Shown: positions 42,930-55,493 of the stretch, in pieces
Layout of the letters: the number at the start of each line of letters is the position of its first letter
Numbering within the stretch: position 1 is the stretch's first letter
Notes under the pieces: generated by a model
What the model saw: the letters and a program-made list of their open reading frames with translations, nothing else
Database searches by the model: none
What the model was told of the DNA's origin: nothing
Made by a program: the position numbers and the translations under genes
Assembly (NCBI GenBank): GCA_000320545.1
Contig: ADNK01000870.1
Span: 124,001 to 188,000, forward strand
Length of the DNA stretch: 64,000 bases
Direction: 5' to 3'
Source of the DNA: Bigelowiella natans CCMP2755
Taxonomy: Eukaryota; Protista; Cercozoa

Positions 42930-44098
42930 AGTAGTAGGAACATCTAGTGCTAGTTGTAGTTGACGACGACGATCACGAGGCTGACATGCATGAGTCCAGT
43001 TAGTTAATAACCGTACAATTATTTATTTGATGGTGTAATGATAATGATGAAGAAGAAGAAGAAGAAGAAGATGATGATGATGATGATAGTCACGGCAATG
43101 ACAATCTTTGGGATAATTCGTAATAGTAAGTTTCATGTCCGCATCATTCGGTGATGTTATGATATTATCACCATACATCGTCGTTGCTTACTCTCCAATA
43201 GGAAGCTGATTAACTAACCTTTTTAGTGTATTGATATGTGACTAACTGTCCTCACGATTTGTTTAATACTCCTCCTCTCCTCCTCATCGTCATCGTTTCC
43301 TTCGCTTTTCTTCTTCTTCTTCTTCATTAGGGTGTGATATGTCATTCTCGGGTCTCAAAACGCACGTGAAAAGGTGGTTAGACAACTATACTCGGTAGTA
43401 GTAGTAGGAGGAGGAGGAGGAGGAGGAGGAGGAGGGGGGGGTAGAGAACAACGAAACGACTATATTATTCGGTAGACAGACTTACTACTACTCGTGATGT
43501 TGCCTTCCTGCTGACTGGGGAAAGTGTTACAAGTATTAAGTAATGGGAGGAGGGAGACCTGCTGCAGGTTTTCTCATTATTCGTTATTTGTTCTTTATTA
43601 ATTCTTCAAAAGTTGTGTCCACAATTACGTCGATATGTGCGGAGATAGCAATCAAGAACACCAACAAAGAATTAAGAACGTTGCTAAGGTCATCATTCAT
43701 TCACCCCGTCCTTCCTTCCTCCCTCCCTACCTAATCACACTGTATGCCTTTGTTATTATAGCGAGATGGACAAATACCACACATTTCTATGCCTTATGTA
43801 TAATTTTAGGGTGATATTTGTTTATGTCTGTTGTATAGGATGATCGTATATTATTGTATACTTGTGTACTACTTGCTTTGCAAGCCCATATAGGCATCCT
43901 TATCCATTCATCAAACATAGTAGTAGTTATAGTAGTAGTAGCACACACTGCGAATACACAAATCATCATCATTATCATTATCATTATTTCTAGGCTTTCC
44001 AGGATGCTGCAATCGAGCATTTAACAATAAGGACAGGACGTGCTATTGAAAGGGTAATCTAGTCATTGAATCATCTACGATATAGTTGTCCTCATCGT

Positions 44099-44135
<37 letters not shown>

Positions 44136-44222
44136 CAATGTTACATTCTTCATATCACAGGCCAGAGGAGATGGAAATAACATAAGTTGCCTGGTGCTTG
44201 CAGGGTAGTTAAATCAGAGATA

Positions 44223-44260
<38 letters not shown>

Positions 44261-45102
44261 CATTGTCAGCGTAATAGTAACTGCTAAGTAGGAGTTTGGT
44301 TGACCGAACGTAAATTATTTCTTAACTTCTGCTTATTTGTACATCATGATTATAATTATTATTATTGATGCTGTTGTTATTATTGCTATCAGAGGCGTTG
44401 CTGCAAATATGCAATTGCGAGAGGCCGTCAGAAAGCTCTGCAAAGGTAAAGAACATCTCCTTCATTATAGCGTGGGTGATTCGTGATATTAGTAATGTTA
44501 TTATAATAATAATAATGATAATAACATCTCTCATTGGGATGATGATACTACATACATACTATACATACATACAGAGAAAAAGCTTCGGTTGGCTGTTCCC
44601 CCTGTTGAATTATGCACCGACAATGGAGTTATGGTGGCATGGACGGTCAATATCAACGAAAAACAACAACATCTTAGGAGGAGGAGGAGGAGGAGGATAT
44701 TACAGAGAATAATAGATCGATCAATCAGAGGATGGAGTATGATTCTCTTCTTCTTATTAGGGAATAGAGAGGATGAAACTGGGACTTGGTGACGCCCCAG
44801 TAGCAGCTACTTGCACGAATATCACAGCTTCGGTCGAGATCCGCCCAAGGTTTCCCATTATTATTATTCTTCCTTCACGATTTTCTTTCATTTCAATTTC
44901 TGCAAAATACTGATCTCTACGGCCACCTAATTGTTATTGTTATTATTATTGTTATTATTATTGTTTGATTTATATTTGTTGTTCCAGATGGACTCTTGGG
45001 CCCAGACATCACCTAAGCATAACACAAGAATATCAGTTAAAGGCCCGCCGTAACAGATGCTCAACATCAAAACACAATAGAGGACAGCAGCAAGGACTAT
45101 GA
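39912..45102 (+). CDS. tsaD: TsaD (YgjD/Qri7/GCP1 type) tRNA threonylcarbamoyltransferase moiety
   Basis: LVLG|[109 protein letters not shown] and IRPRWTLG; TGA at 45100-45102. No in-frame ATG of its own. Confidence 0.92.
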
Positions 45103-45979
45103 CCACTGACATAGCGACGACTGAGCTATACGGATGTAACATGCAATGAAACGATCGAACAAATCAAATAAATTGTCTAATTCTAGCAGAATTGTCACGC
45201 TATGTCGCTATGCTAGCATGCATGTAATAAGTGTAATATATAAGACAATAAGACGGCGGATGTAATCAATTAAATCAAGCATGTAGGTGTGTGCGCATGT
45301 TAGTGCAATTTAAGCGCTGCAGCTGCGGCTTTGTACAGCTTACTATATATTAGCTTATGTGACATATGACTAGATGAATTCTAAGATGACAAAAATTTTG
45401 ATCATGCACGCTAGCACGCATGGCGGCGGCAGCATGCACGCTAGCACGTGTCGCTTACACATGTACGGACAATCTAGCAATGCGAGCCGTCGCATGTGTG
45501 CAGTCTATCTGTTGCATGCAGTGCATCGTAGCTACGATAGGTACGTCTGCTACGCATGCTAGCATGGATCGATATATCGACGCATCGTCGTGCAATAAGC
45601 TAGCTAGCTAGAGAGGCTTTAGCATACTAGCATAGCTAGATAGGTGTTGATGAAGTCAAATATCACAACGGTTACGTACGTACTGCGATGCCACATCACT
45701 GCCGTCAGCTTTGATACGAATCTCCGGTGTTTCAAGTGATGTGGTGTAAGATGGCATTCTAAGCACACAAAACAGTATGTATCTAGATATGCATATGTGT
45801 ACATCAGCAGCCACCACCATTGTGAACAATAACTTTGGAAGGTTGTTGAATAGCTAGCTGTGCTAATAACCATGAAATTTCTCGAAAACGACATCACGCT
45901 ACAATGTAAAACATATATTAAGATTTGGGGAACATCCCCCAACCCTACTTTGATCTAGGCGCAGGTAATCCAGTAGCAA

Positions 45980-46460
45980 TTACATCTGAAATCGATAAAC
46001 AAAATCAGAATGTGATGATGGTAAACCAAAACTGCATAAGACAAAAAAGTACATAATTACCGGATTCCGTAAAACTAAGATGACAGAATCGCCTCGGAGG
46101 AACATTTTCGATATGAAGCGATCCTTGTTAACTGGTTTTGCTTTGCTCTTTCCCTTCCCTGCTTTTGGAATCTCAGTCCATAACTCTTGTACATTTTCTA
46201 GAACCATATTGCAGTGCCTATCGAAGGCTTTTACAGATCCTAATAGCTTCTTGTTATTTCTGCAGTTGATCAAAACCTGCGTGCTGTTCATTACGCTTTG
46301 GTGCAGCACAGAGAGCGGGCCTGATTGTATATAAAATTTATAATGCTTGCAGTTTTCTACCACAAAATTTATATGTTTTGGTAGTGGCCATTTAGGATAC
46401 AATCGAGGAGATACCTGTTTGGATGTCATCCTTATTAATCTCCTTTTCGTCCGATGCCAT
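45980..46460 (-). CDS. SNRPD2: Small nuclear ribonucleoprotein Sm D2
   Basis: [16 protein letters not shown]|PLSVLHQSV...[36 protein letters not shown]...[22 protein letters not shown]|M*; two GT-AG introns. Confidence 0.97.
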
Positions 46461-47005
46461 TTTCTTTGGGGGTGGGAGATTGCGGAGTTTGCGAGGAAGA
46501 TCTTGTCTTACGGCTTACGGCGACAGCATTCAGCTGAGAAGACATACTATCCATCCTTCAATTAGGTGAGACAACTAATTTCTCACGTCGTAAAACATAA
46601 AAAATATGGTTATGAATATGAAAGGGATAATGTATATTCTGAGTTATCACTGCGCAGAAAATTTAGCGCATGTTCTAGTCTACGACAAGGATGGCATTGG
46701 TTGGTTTTGATGAGCTTGTGTTGTTTATGTTGTCTCATTCAGTTAAGGTTATTCATTCGATCAAATACCTCCTATTCAAGTATTAGTACTGCGCAACAAG
46801 CATTACAATGCTAATGATGATAATCTTGTGACAAAAAGATAGACAATAATATATCGATCAAACTTCGTAATTTTTAATTCTTATTGAACCAACGGAGGGC
46901 AAGGACAAGGAGCATCCAGACGAACCCCTCCCTACCAGACCACCTTATCAGATCAGAGAGAAGAAGAAGAAGAGGAAGAGGATAACATTGTACATCTAAG
47001 ACACA

Positions 47006-49141
47006 ATGGCAACTTGCGACTCTGCGCTCCCAGATCAGAAACTTCTTGATGAAGTCATTGACGATATTGAGGTACTTCACACTTTCTTCTCCCTGCTTTT
47101 ACCTCCTCCTCACCAATTGGTTGCTGCTCGACAGGACATCTCCAAATTTGACCGTATCTTCTCCAAGGACGCGAAATGGATGCGAACGTAGGATTCTTGA
47201 TTTCGAATTTGTACACTCGTGTATTTCGAATAGGTTGAGATTAGGGGATTATTCGCATAAATACCACGCACTGTACACTCGTGTATTTCGAATAGGTTGA
47301 GATTAGGGGATTATTCGCGTAAATACCACGCACTCCTCATCATTGTGGTAGCGTAAAGATGTGTGGGTTAGCTGATATTATCTCCACCATCTCTTTCCTA
47401 TATCCAGCGAGATCAAATCGGATTGCGTTAACTGGTTGGCGGAATTAATGCCAGAAGCGGATCGCAAAAAGCTCGTCCCTTTTGCTTACGAATTAGCAAA
47501 ATCACCGTAAGTACATCGCGACGTGATCTTCCCGCTTTTATAGAATCCTCCGCTGAATTCATTATTTCCTCATTCAGTTTCGACAATATTGAAGATGTAA
47601 ATAAGACTTATACGAAGCTTCGGAAAAAATACCGATTTATGGCAAAGAAAGCCCAGATGAACTACGGTGATAATATGATAATTTGTGTTTAAGAAGTTGC
47701 TTGTTATGTGACATAAATATGAATATTCTGAATCTTGTACTTGCAATCAGTCTACAGGGTACTATTGAACAAAGGCATGGTAAACAAGAATGTAATTCTG
47801 GAACAATACCTCGTCGCTAAAGCGGTCAGTTGTATCATTAGTTGTTTAAATATGTATAAATGGGTTACAAGACAATAGAGAGCACAGTACTCATTAATCC
47901 AGGTTCGATCATTGTCTGGAGTTCTCGTCATCACAGTGTTTACATCTCCTTATCCAAGATATGGAAATAAGGTAGCATATCGATTCATTTAATTAGGACG
48001 AATATTGACTGACCACTTTTCGCACAAGATCGTCACTTATTGAATGCCTCTGTTCTTCCTCATTGTACCATTGTACTTCTATCTTTCATTCGTAGGTCCA
48101 AAGATTCAGTTGCAAGCATAACTGCTACTACTGTCCAAATGAACCGGATCTACCCAGGAGGTAGTAAGAATCATATTTGAGGAAGAAGAAAATGCAGCTG
48201 ATTACAGGGGGAAAGAAGAGGGATGTTGTCGCTTGTTGAGCAACTAGTTTAAAGTTAAAGGAAGCTTGTTGATACGAAGGAAGTGACTGGGTAGTACTCG
48301 TCGGTCGTGTTCCCATTTCCTTGTTCTTGGTGGTTATTATTATTACAGCTACCTTTCGAATGAGCCAGGTGTTAGGCGTGGAAAGAGACACAGTAAGATC
48401 TACTTATTTAGTTCAGACCCACCATCATCATCTCTAAGATACTACTATTCATGCTCAAGGGTTTCATGCAGACTACTTCCATCCGCCCTTAGTCCCCCCC
48501 TCCCCCGTGACGTGATTTATTTATCTCTCCTTCCTCCTCCTCACTTTGATGACATGGAACAATAATAATAGGCTGGGAGCCAGTTGATCAATTCTATGCA
48601 CGGGCATGGACGCACTATCTCAACGGACATCCCATTGATAAGATTGAAATTCTTGTTCTTGGGGGTAAGTATGTGTATTATGTAGATTGGAATTTCAGTT
48701 TGTGAGAGCATGGTATTGTTGCATTGTTCTTTCTTACTAGTTGCATTGGGAGGTGGTGTTGTCTTAGAGCTCCTCCTATAGTACCTACCTATCGCTGATG
48801 TTGGTGTTGTCAGGCACATGGTCCGAGTACCCGCAGGAGTACCAAGAAGAATTTCTAAGAGATATTTTCTGGTTATAATTTAGTATCATGCTTGTGCTGC
48901 ACTCAGATCAAATCAGAAATAATGATAATAATGATAAGAAGAAGAAGAAGAAGAATACTAATAGACGGCAGGTCTCTCCGTACTTTCACTGAGAAGAAGA
49001 AGTACTCATAAGCTTCTTCCCTCCTCTCTCCCATATGATGAAAGTATCTTACACAACATTGATTGTTGTGTTGAGTATCATCATCATCATCGTCATCGTC
49101 ATCGTCATCGTCTTCTTCTTTACTCAATACTACTACACTGT

Positions 49142-49173
<32 letters not shown>

Positions 49174-50833
49174 ATCGTTAAAAGGTCTGCCAACACGTTT
49201 TTTGACGTCCCCCCCAAGAGGAAGCCTCTGTCGTTACCAGAGGAGCAAAAAATCAATGAGACTACAAGAGCAAGGTTGTTCTCTCCAATCAATCATATAA
49301 TGTTGTATAGCCTGATGATTTGATCAAACACTGATCATTCCTCCTCACGAAAGTAGTAGTAGTTTTTATCTATATTGTGTGAGGAGAGGAGGAAGATGAG
49401 GACCGACCTCCACAGAGTATACTAATCAGTATCACATATTTTGACGATGATTAGCATCATCATCGTGATTGCTACTCTTTGTTCATTCATCCATCATTCT
49501 ACTTCACAACCAAGTTTTACCATTTAATAAAGAAGAGAAGGGAAGAAGACGCATTGATAATAATGATAAAAATGATGATGATGATAAGAATAACAATAAT
49601 AATAATAATAATAATAATAATAGTGATAGTAACAATAATGACAACAACAATATTAAAAGAAAGGCTTTATACTCAGAAATTAATCAAAATGTCATTAGAC
49701 CAGCAGCGGTGTAGTATAAATATAGCACGAAATATGTTTGAAAAAAGAGAGTAGGAAGAAAGTAAGTCTCTCTTCGTCGCAAAGGGGTTATTCTGCATTA
49801 TAATGATGATCTATCCATCTATCAGGATAATAGGACTTACTCATGATGATCTATCCATCTATCAGGATAATAGGACTTACTCTTGAAACAAGGCCGGATA
49901 CCATTGATGAACACGAAATTAGAAGGTATTGTTATTTATTTTTATTATTTCTATTGTTATTTTTATTATTATTATCGGATAGTTCTTCTCTACATACATA
50001 CTACCACATCGAAGAATCTACGTATTATTATCACCATACAATACACGTATTATCACCACCACCACCACCAGCCCAAAATCTCTAGTGAGAGCCATGATTA
50101 TGCTAATCTTTGTTCTCGTCGTTACAATAGACTGCTTACTATATCCCTCATTGCAATGATGGTGATGATGATGATGATGATGATGATGATATGGTTAGAT
50201 TTCGATACTATGGATGCACACGGGTTCAAGTTGGCATTCAACATACAGTAAGAACAACAGCAACAACAACAACAACATTCAACATACAGTAACAACAACA
50301 GCAACAACAACAACAACATTCAACATACAGTAACAACAACAGCAGCAACAACAACAGCAACATTCAACATACAGTAACAACAACAGCAGCAACAACAACA
50401 ACATTCAACATACAGTAAGAACAACAGCAACAACAACAACAACATTCAACATACAGTAAGAACAACAGCAACAACAACAACAACATTCAACATACAGTAA
50501 CAACAACAGCAACAACAACAACATTCAACATACAGCAACAACAACAACAACATTCAACATACAGTAACAACAACAGCAACAACAACAACAACAATTGATT
50601 GATTGATTCACGTAAACAACAATCCCAAGTGTATGTATGCATGCATATATGTCTGTACGCATCATCATCATTATCATCATCATCATCATAAGCGTGATGA
50701 TGCTGCTGCTTCTTCTATGTGTCGTTGATTTTCATTATGACTATCACCATCATCATTATAATCATCATCATTATAATCATCATCATCATCACCATCACCG
50801 CAAACGACACAAAAATAAGAGTTGTAGTACATA

Positions 50834-50880
<47 letters not shown>

Positions 50881-50990
50881 TGATGCATATGGTGCCGTTA
50901 CAACTACTGGTATTCAGGACGATGGAATATTGAAATTAATTAACCGCGGTTGCTACACTAAAGACGCAATAAAGGCCACCAAACTTCTCA

Positions 50991-51030
<40 letters not shown>

Positions 51031-51193
51031 ATGTTTAGGATAACAATATTTTATAATAGCCATCACAATCATCATCACCATTGTTACATATATATTTCAG
51101 GATGCTGGTTTTAAGATTGATTATCACTTAATGCCGGATCTTCCAGGCACTGTACGATGATCATTCAATCGTAGTAGTAGTAGTAGATGAGAA

Positions 51194-51233
<40 letters not shown>

Positions 51234-51572
51234 ATTGATAACAGCATAAATCCATGTCGTCGTCGTCGTTCAGTAGTAGTAGTAGTAGTAGTAGTAGATA
51301 GTTGTACTAACTACTAGTACTACATGTAGATATATAAGTAATATATATTGATGATCTCAATCAGACTATTGAGAAAGACATAAAGATGTTTGACTACGTA
51401 TTGTACTCAGAGGATCTCCAGGTGTGTAACACTGTTATGAGAACAAGCACCAACTACCAACAACATATAATAATAACAATAATAATAATAATAATAATAA
51501 GGAGAAGAAGAACAAGAATAGAGTAGCTGGAAACAGTCAATTCATACTACTATTCACCCTACTGCACTACAC

Positions 51573-51603
<31 letters not shown>

Positions 51604-51651
51604 AATAATTCATAGAAATCATCATCAACAACAACAAGAACAACAACAATT

Positions 51652-51733
<82 letters not shown>

Positions 51734-52015
51734 TCTATTGATCATGATTGCATCACCATACGATTTAAACTTTTGAGGAAAACGACGATTTGTTGTTCCT
51801 TCGTTACTTTTGCTAATTACTTACCAATACAACGATTGTGAATGATTTAATGAATGCATAAAAGATGCTGATGCAATCAACATGCTTGAATGATTGAATA
51901 GGCGGATCAATGGAAGATATACCCATGCCAGACGGTGCCTTGGACGGTTATTGAGAAATGGTTTAAAGAAGGAAAATATAAACCCTATTCTCCTCAGCAG
52001 CTTATGCACGTATTG

Positions 52016-52057
<42 letters not shown>

Positions 52058-52294
52058 AAGTCGCCATCAAGGAAGGAAGGAAGGAAGGAAGGACATCAGA
52101 TTTGGGTTGGGTTTCTTCCTCCTTTTTGTTGTTGTTGTTGTTGTCAGATTTGGGTTGCTTATCTTCTTTCTTTTCATTGTTGTTGTTGTTGTTGTTGTTA
52201 TTGTTTCTTCTATGATTGAATATTATACTTATAAGGTTACTGCAATGAGTAAAGTACATCCATGGATCCGATTAAGTAGTAACACTTATTACTT

Positions 52295-52327
<33 letters not shown>

Positions 52328-52334
52328 TTCCATT

Positions 52335-52370
<36 letters not shown>

Positions 52371-52758
52371 AAGATAAGAGGATCTTCATCAACAATCAAT
52401 TTCTTACCTCTTTTTAGACCGCGTGATTCGAGATATTCCAAACGAGTAAGTGTCATCATCATCGTCATCATTAACATCATCATCATCATCATCATTATCA
52501 TCATAGTATTATTATTAACAAGGTACATAATGGGAGGAAATCCGGTCACAAATCTACGGCAAATGGTGGAAATAAGAATGCGAGAGAAAAATCTGAAATG
52601 CAGGTGGTTTGTGCAAATTGTCGTGATCGTTTTACTGTGCTATGTTATTATTACTTTTGTAGTATGTTTTATTTTGTTATTCGTCTTTCTTCTTTTTAAG
52701 TTGTTCAGTAACTTTCTATCCATATCATTACATACGATATTATCACACATTCATGCTG

Positions 52759-52790
<32 letters not shown>

Positions 52791-53248
52791 CTCCCCCTTT
52801 CTCTCACCGACACACAAGGCACACACACACACAACATATTCTTCTGGTTGGTGCTGTATAGTTATTAGAATTATTATTATTTTTCTTATCTTTTCTTATT
52901 GTTGTTGTTGTCGTCGAGGACATGAGATAGAACGTGATGATGACACAATAATAGCCTGATGATCATCTTCTTCTTCTTCTTCTTCTTCTTCTTCTTTCTT
53001 CTCATCTTGAAGGTGCATTAGAAGTAGGGAGTGCAAAAGTGCAAAATCTGGAATAAAGGATGTATTATTATCAGCGATCAACCTACTACTTCTACTACTA
53101 CTACTAATACTACTAGTGCTAGTTACTGTAAGAAAAGCTACCATTTGTTGTGATGATGGTCAACTTGTATAGCGAATAGATCTTAATAATAATAATCATG
53201 CAAAAATGAACAAGAAGAAGAAGAAGAAGAGGAAGGAGGAAGAGGAAA

Positions 53249-53284
<36 letters not shown>

Positions 53285-53865
53285 CCTGTATACATTATAT
53301 GTTTAATGTATAAGTTCTTTAAATATAAACAACAATTTTATTACTACAAACACCAGGCAATTTTGAAACAACGACGCTACAAATCATCGGGTAGTAGTAG
53401 TAGAAGAAGAAGAAGAAGAAGAAGAATCAACCAACAAGAGAGTACTAGTAGTAGTAGTAGTAGTAGTAGCAGCAGCAGCAGATGTAGTAAGAATATCATC
53501 ATCATCATCATCATCATCATCATCGTGTATATCATTAATTATTCCATAAGCACCAATGTTGTTGTTTTGTTCTCGATTTCTACGATATATCCCATATAAA
53601 ACAATGATAGCAAGCAAGGTTGTTCCTGTTATTCTTGTCCTTAATAACAATAGCAGTATCAATTAATGAATGTTGTTTATTGTCAGGCGGCACAGAAATC
53701 TTCCTCTCTTTTGAGTCAAAGGATGAGTCAGTGATATACGGGTAATAAGTAAGATACCATGGTGATGACCATCCAATATTGAATTATGATGGTGCTATAT
53801 TCTTATTCTTAGGTTCCTACGATTGCGCTTATGCCATCCAACCAAAGTAGTTTTCCCAGAGGTAT

Positions 53866-53897
<32 letters not shown>

Positions 53898-54094
53898 ACT
53901 ACTAGCTAGCTAGCACTGGAGAAAGGAATGATAAGAATCCTGCAGCACTCATTAAATTTTAATATCTCCTCATCCTGCATCATCATAGCAGCATCCTAAT
54001 CGGTGGATCATTCGCCTATTCCAATTACGATATTATTATTCTAAATATATGATATTATTGTTTATTAATTCATTACTTATCAAAGATACCACTG

Positions 54095-54125
<31 letters not shown>

Positions 54126-54178
54126 ACAGCTAAAAAATGCAGCACTTGTCAGAGAATTGCACACATATGGGAAAATGA

Positions 54179-54215
<37 letters not shown>

Positions 54216-54324
54216 TGAGAAAAATAGTGAAGGGTTGATCCAGTTGCGGGTGTGATGAATGATATATTTGAATTATGTATTTAAATGATAAACTTCATAA
54301 TACTCAGATAATAATGTATCAATA

Positions 54325-54384
<60 letters not shown>

Positions 54385-55493
54385 CTCCTTCCTCCCTATA
54401 CGTCTCTATATATGGCACTCCTTACGTTGTCGGACCACCGTCATCGTCATCATCATCATCATCATCGTCATCATCATCATCAGGCCAGTTGGAGATAGCA
54501 AAGCATCAGCATCAGCATCGAAGTCAGGAGGGGGGGCATCATCATCATCATCATTTTTAATGAGAATGTTGGATGGATCCTTTCTTTGGTCCTCCTCGTC
54601 ATCTTCTTCGTCTTCTTCTGGATCATCACCAGCAGAGAAAGCACAACACATGGGGTTTGGCAAACGCTTAATGCGAAAGGCAGAAGAAATTGTAAGTCAT
54701 TATTACCATCCATCATCTCTTTATTTCTTTTCCAGAATATGTTCTTGTCCTTGAGAGAAATCAATGTTATTGATAAAATATTGTTGGTTGATTGATTGGT
54801 TGATTGATTCATGTATGTATGTATGTATGCATGCATGCATATTCATAGGCTGTGCAAAACAAATTTCCACGTGTTGCTGTCATTGCTGGAATCGGAACAA
54901 GAGAATACTACGCACGTAATATTATGAGAAGAATTAGAAAGGCGAGGAGGAGGAGGAGGAGGAGAAGAAGAAGAAGAAGAAGAAGAAGAAGAAGAAAAAA
55001 GAACAACATATTTCAAGACTACTTCCTTCATGATACTATGCTTCAACTATTTTTTAGATTTTATTTGTGTTGTAATGAGCCTAAGTAGTTGTCATCATTC
55101 ATTATTGTGCTGATGATTTCCATCATGATTATCTACTACTAATTTGATCTTATGTCGTACATAGGGAGGGGATACCATCTTGAGGGGACCTACATGGTGA
55201 GAATAATTCAGAACTTTATTAGAAAAGGGTGCTGTTATTCATCGAAAGTGTTGGTGATTGCATTCTCTCCCCTCTCCTCTCTCCTCCTCTCTGTTCCTAG
55301 GTGAAGGATCTTCAAGCAACTATGTTAGGGTTTGATATGAGGATGGTACGTCAGCAAAATTTTATATTTAAAGCAAGAAAGGCAAAAAACGGTGTGAATT
55401 TTGTTTTAGGTCCGAGCTATCTTGATAGTCTTCATAGCCATCATTAATGCGTACATTCTACAAACTTTGGCAACTGAAAGAGGGATGCATTAA
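47006..55493 (+). CDS. ELP3: Elp3 radical-SAM/KAT tRNA U34 carboxymethyltransferase, CX3CX2C type, with C-terminal transmembrane tail
   Basis: VRSLSGVLVITVFTSP, FSCKHNCYYCPNEP, PRSYLSNEPG, HPIDKIEILVLGGTWSEYP, IIGLTLETRPD, GCTRVQVGIQH, HLMPDLPG, KIYPCQTVPWT, RCIRSRE, LVRELHTYG, QHMGFGKRLM, VAVIAGIGTREYY and GYHLEGTYMVKDL; TAA at 55491-55493. Confidence 0.93.
47210..47333 (+). repeat. 62-bp tandem duplication in an ELP3 intron
   Basis: tgtacactcgtgtatttcgaataggttgagattaggggattattcgc(a/g)taaataccacgcac x2, one mismatch. Confidence 0.9.
49803..49882 (+). repeat. 40-bp perfect tandem duplication spanning an ELP3 3' splice site
   Basis: atgatgatctatccatctatcaggataataggacttactc x2. Confidence 0.9.
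50235..50594 (+). repeat. Tandem array of 9 copies of CATTCAACATACAG(TAA) separated by (CAA/CAG)n; period mostly 41 nt
   Basis: Copies start at 50235, 50276, 50317, 50361, 50402, 50443, 50484, 50522 and 50551. The first copy is the real ELP3 exon end and donor. Confidence 0.9.

Noticed and set aside
47234-47320. Micro-exon within the 62-bp duplication (ag|GTTGAG...TCGC|gt)
   Set aside because: Its 23-nt length breaks the ELP3 frame with the acceptors I could find.
50235-50594. CRISPR-like repeat/spacer appearance
   Set aside because: The 'spacers' are near-identical CAA/CAG runs, the array lies in a eukaryotic intron and there are no cas genes.
52107-53662. Hydrophobic poly-I/V/Y/L ORFs resembling membrane proteins
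   Set aside because: Translations of intronic trinucleotide repeats.
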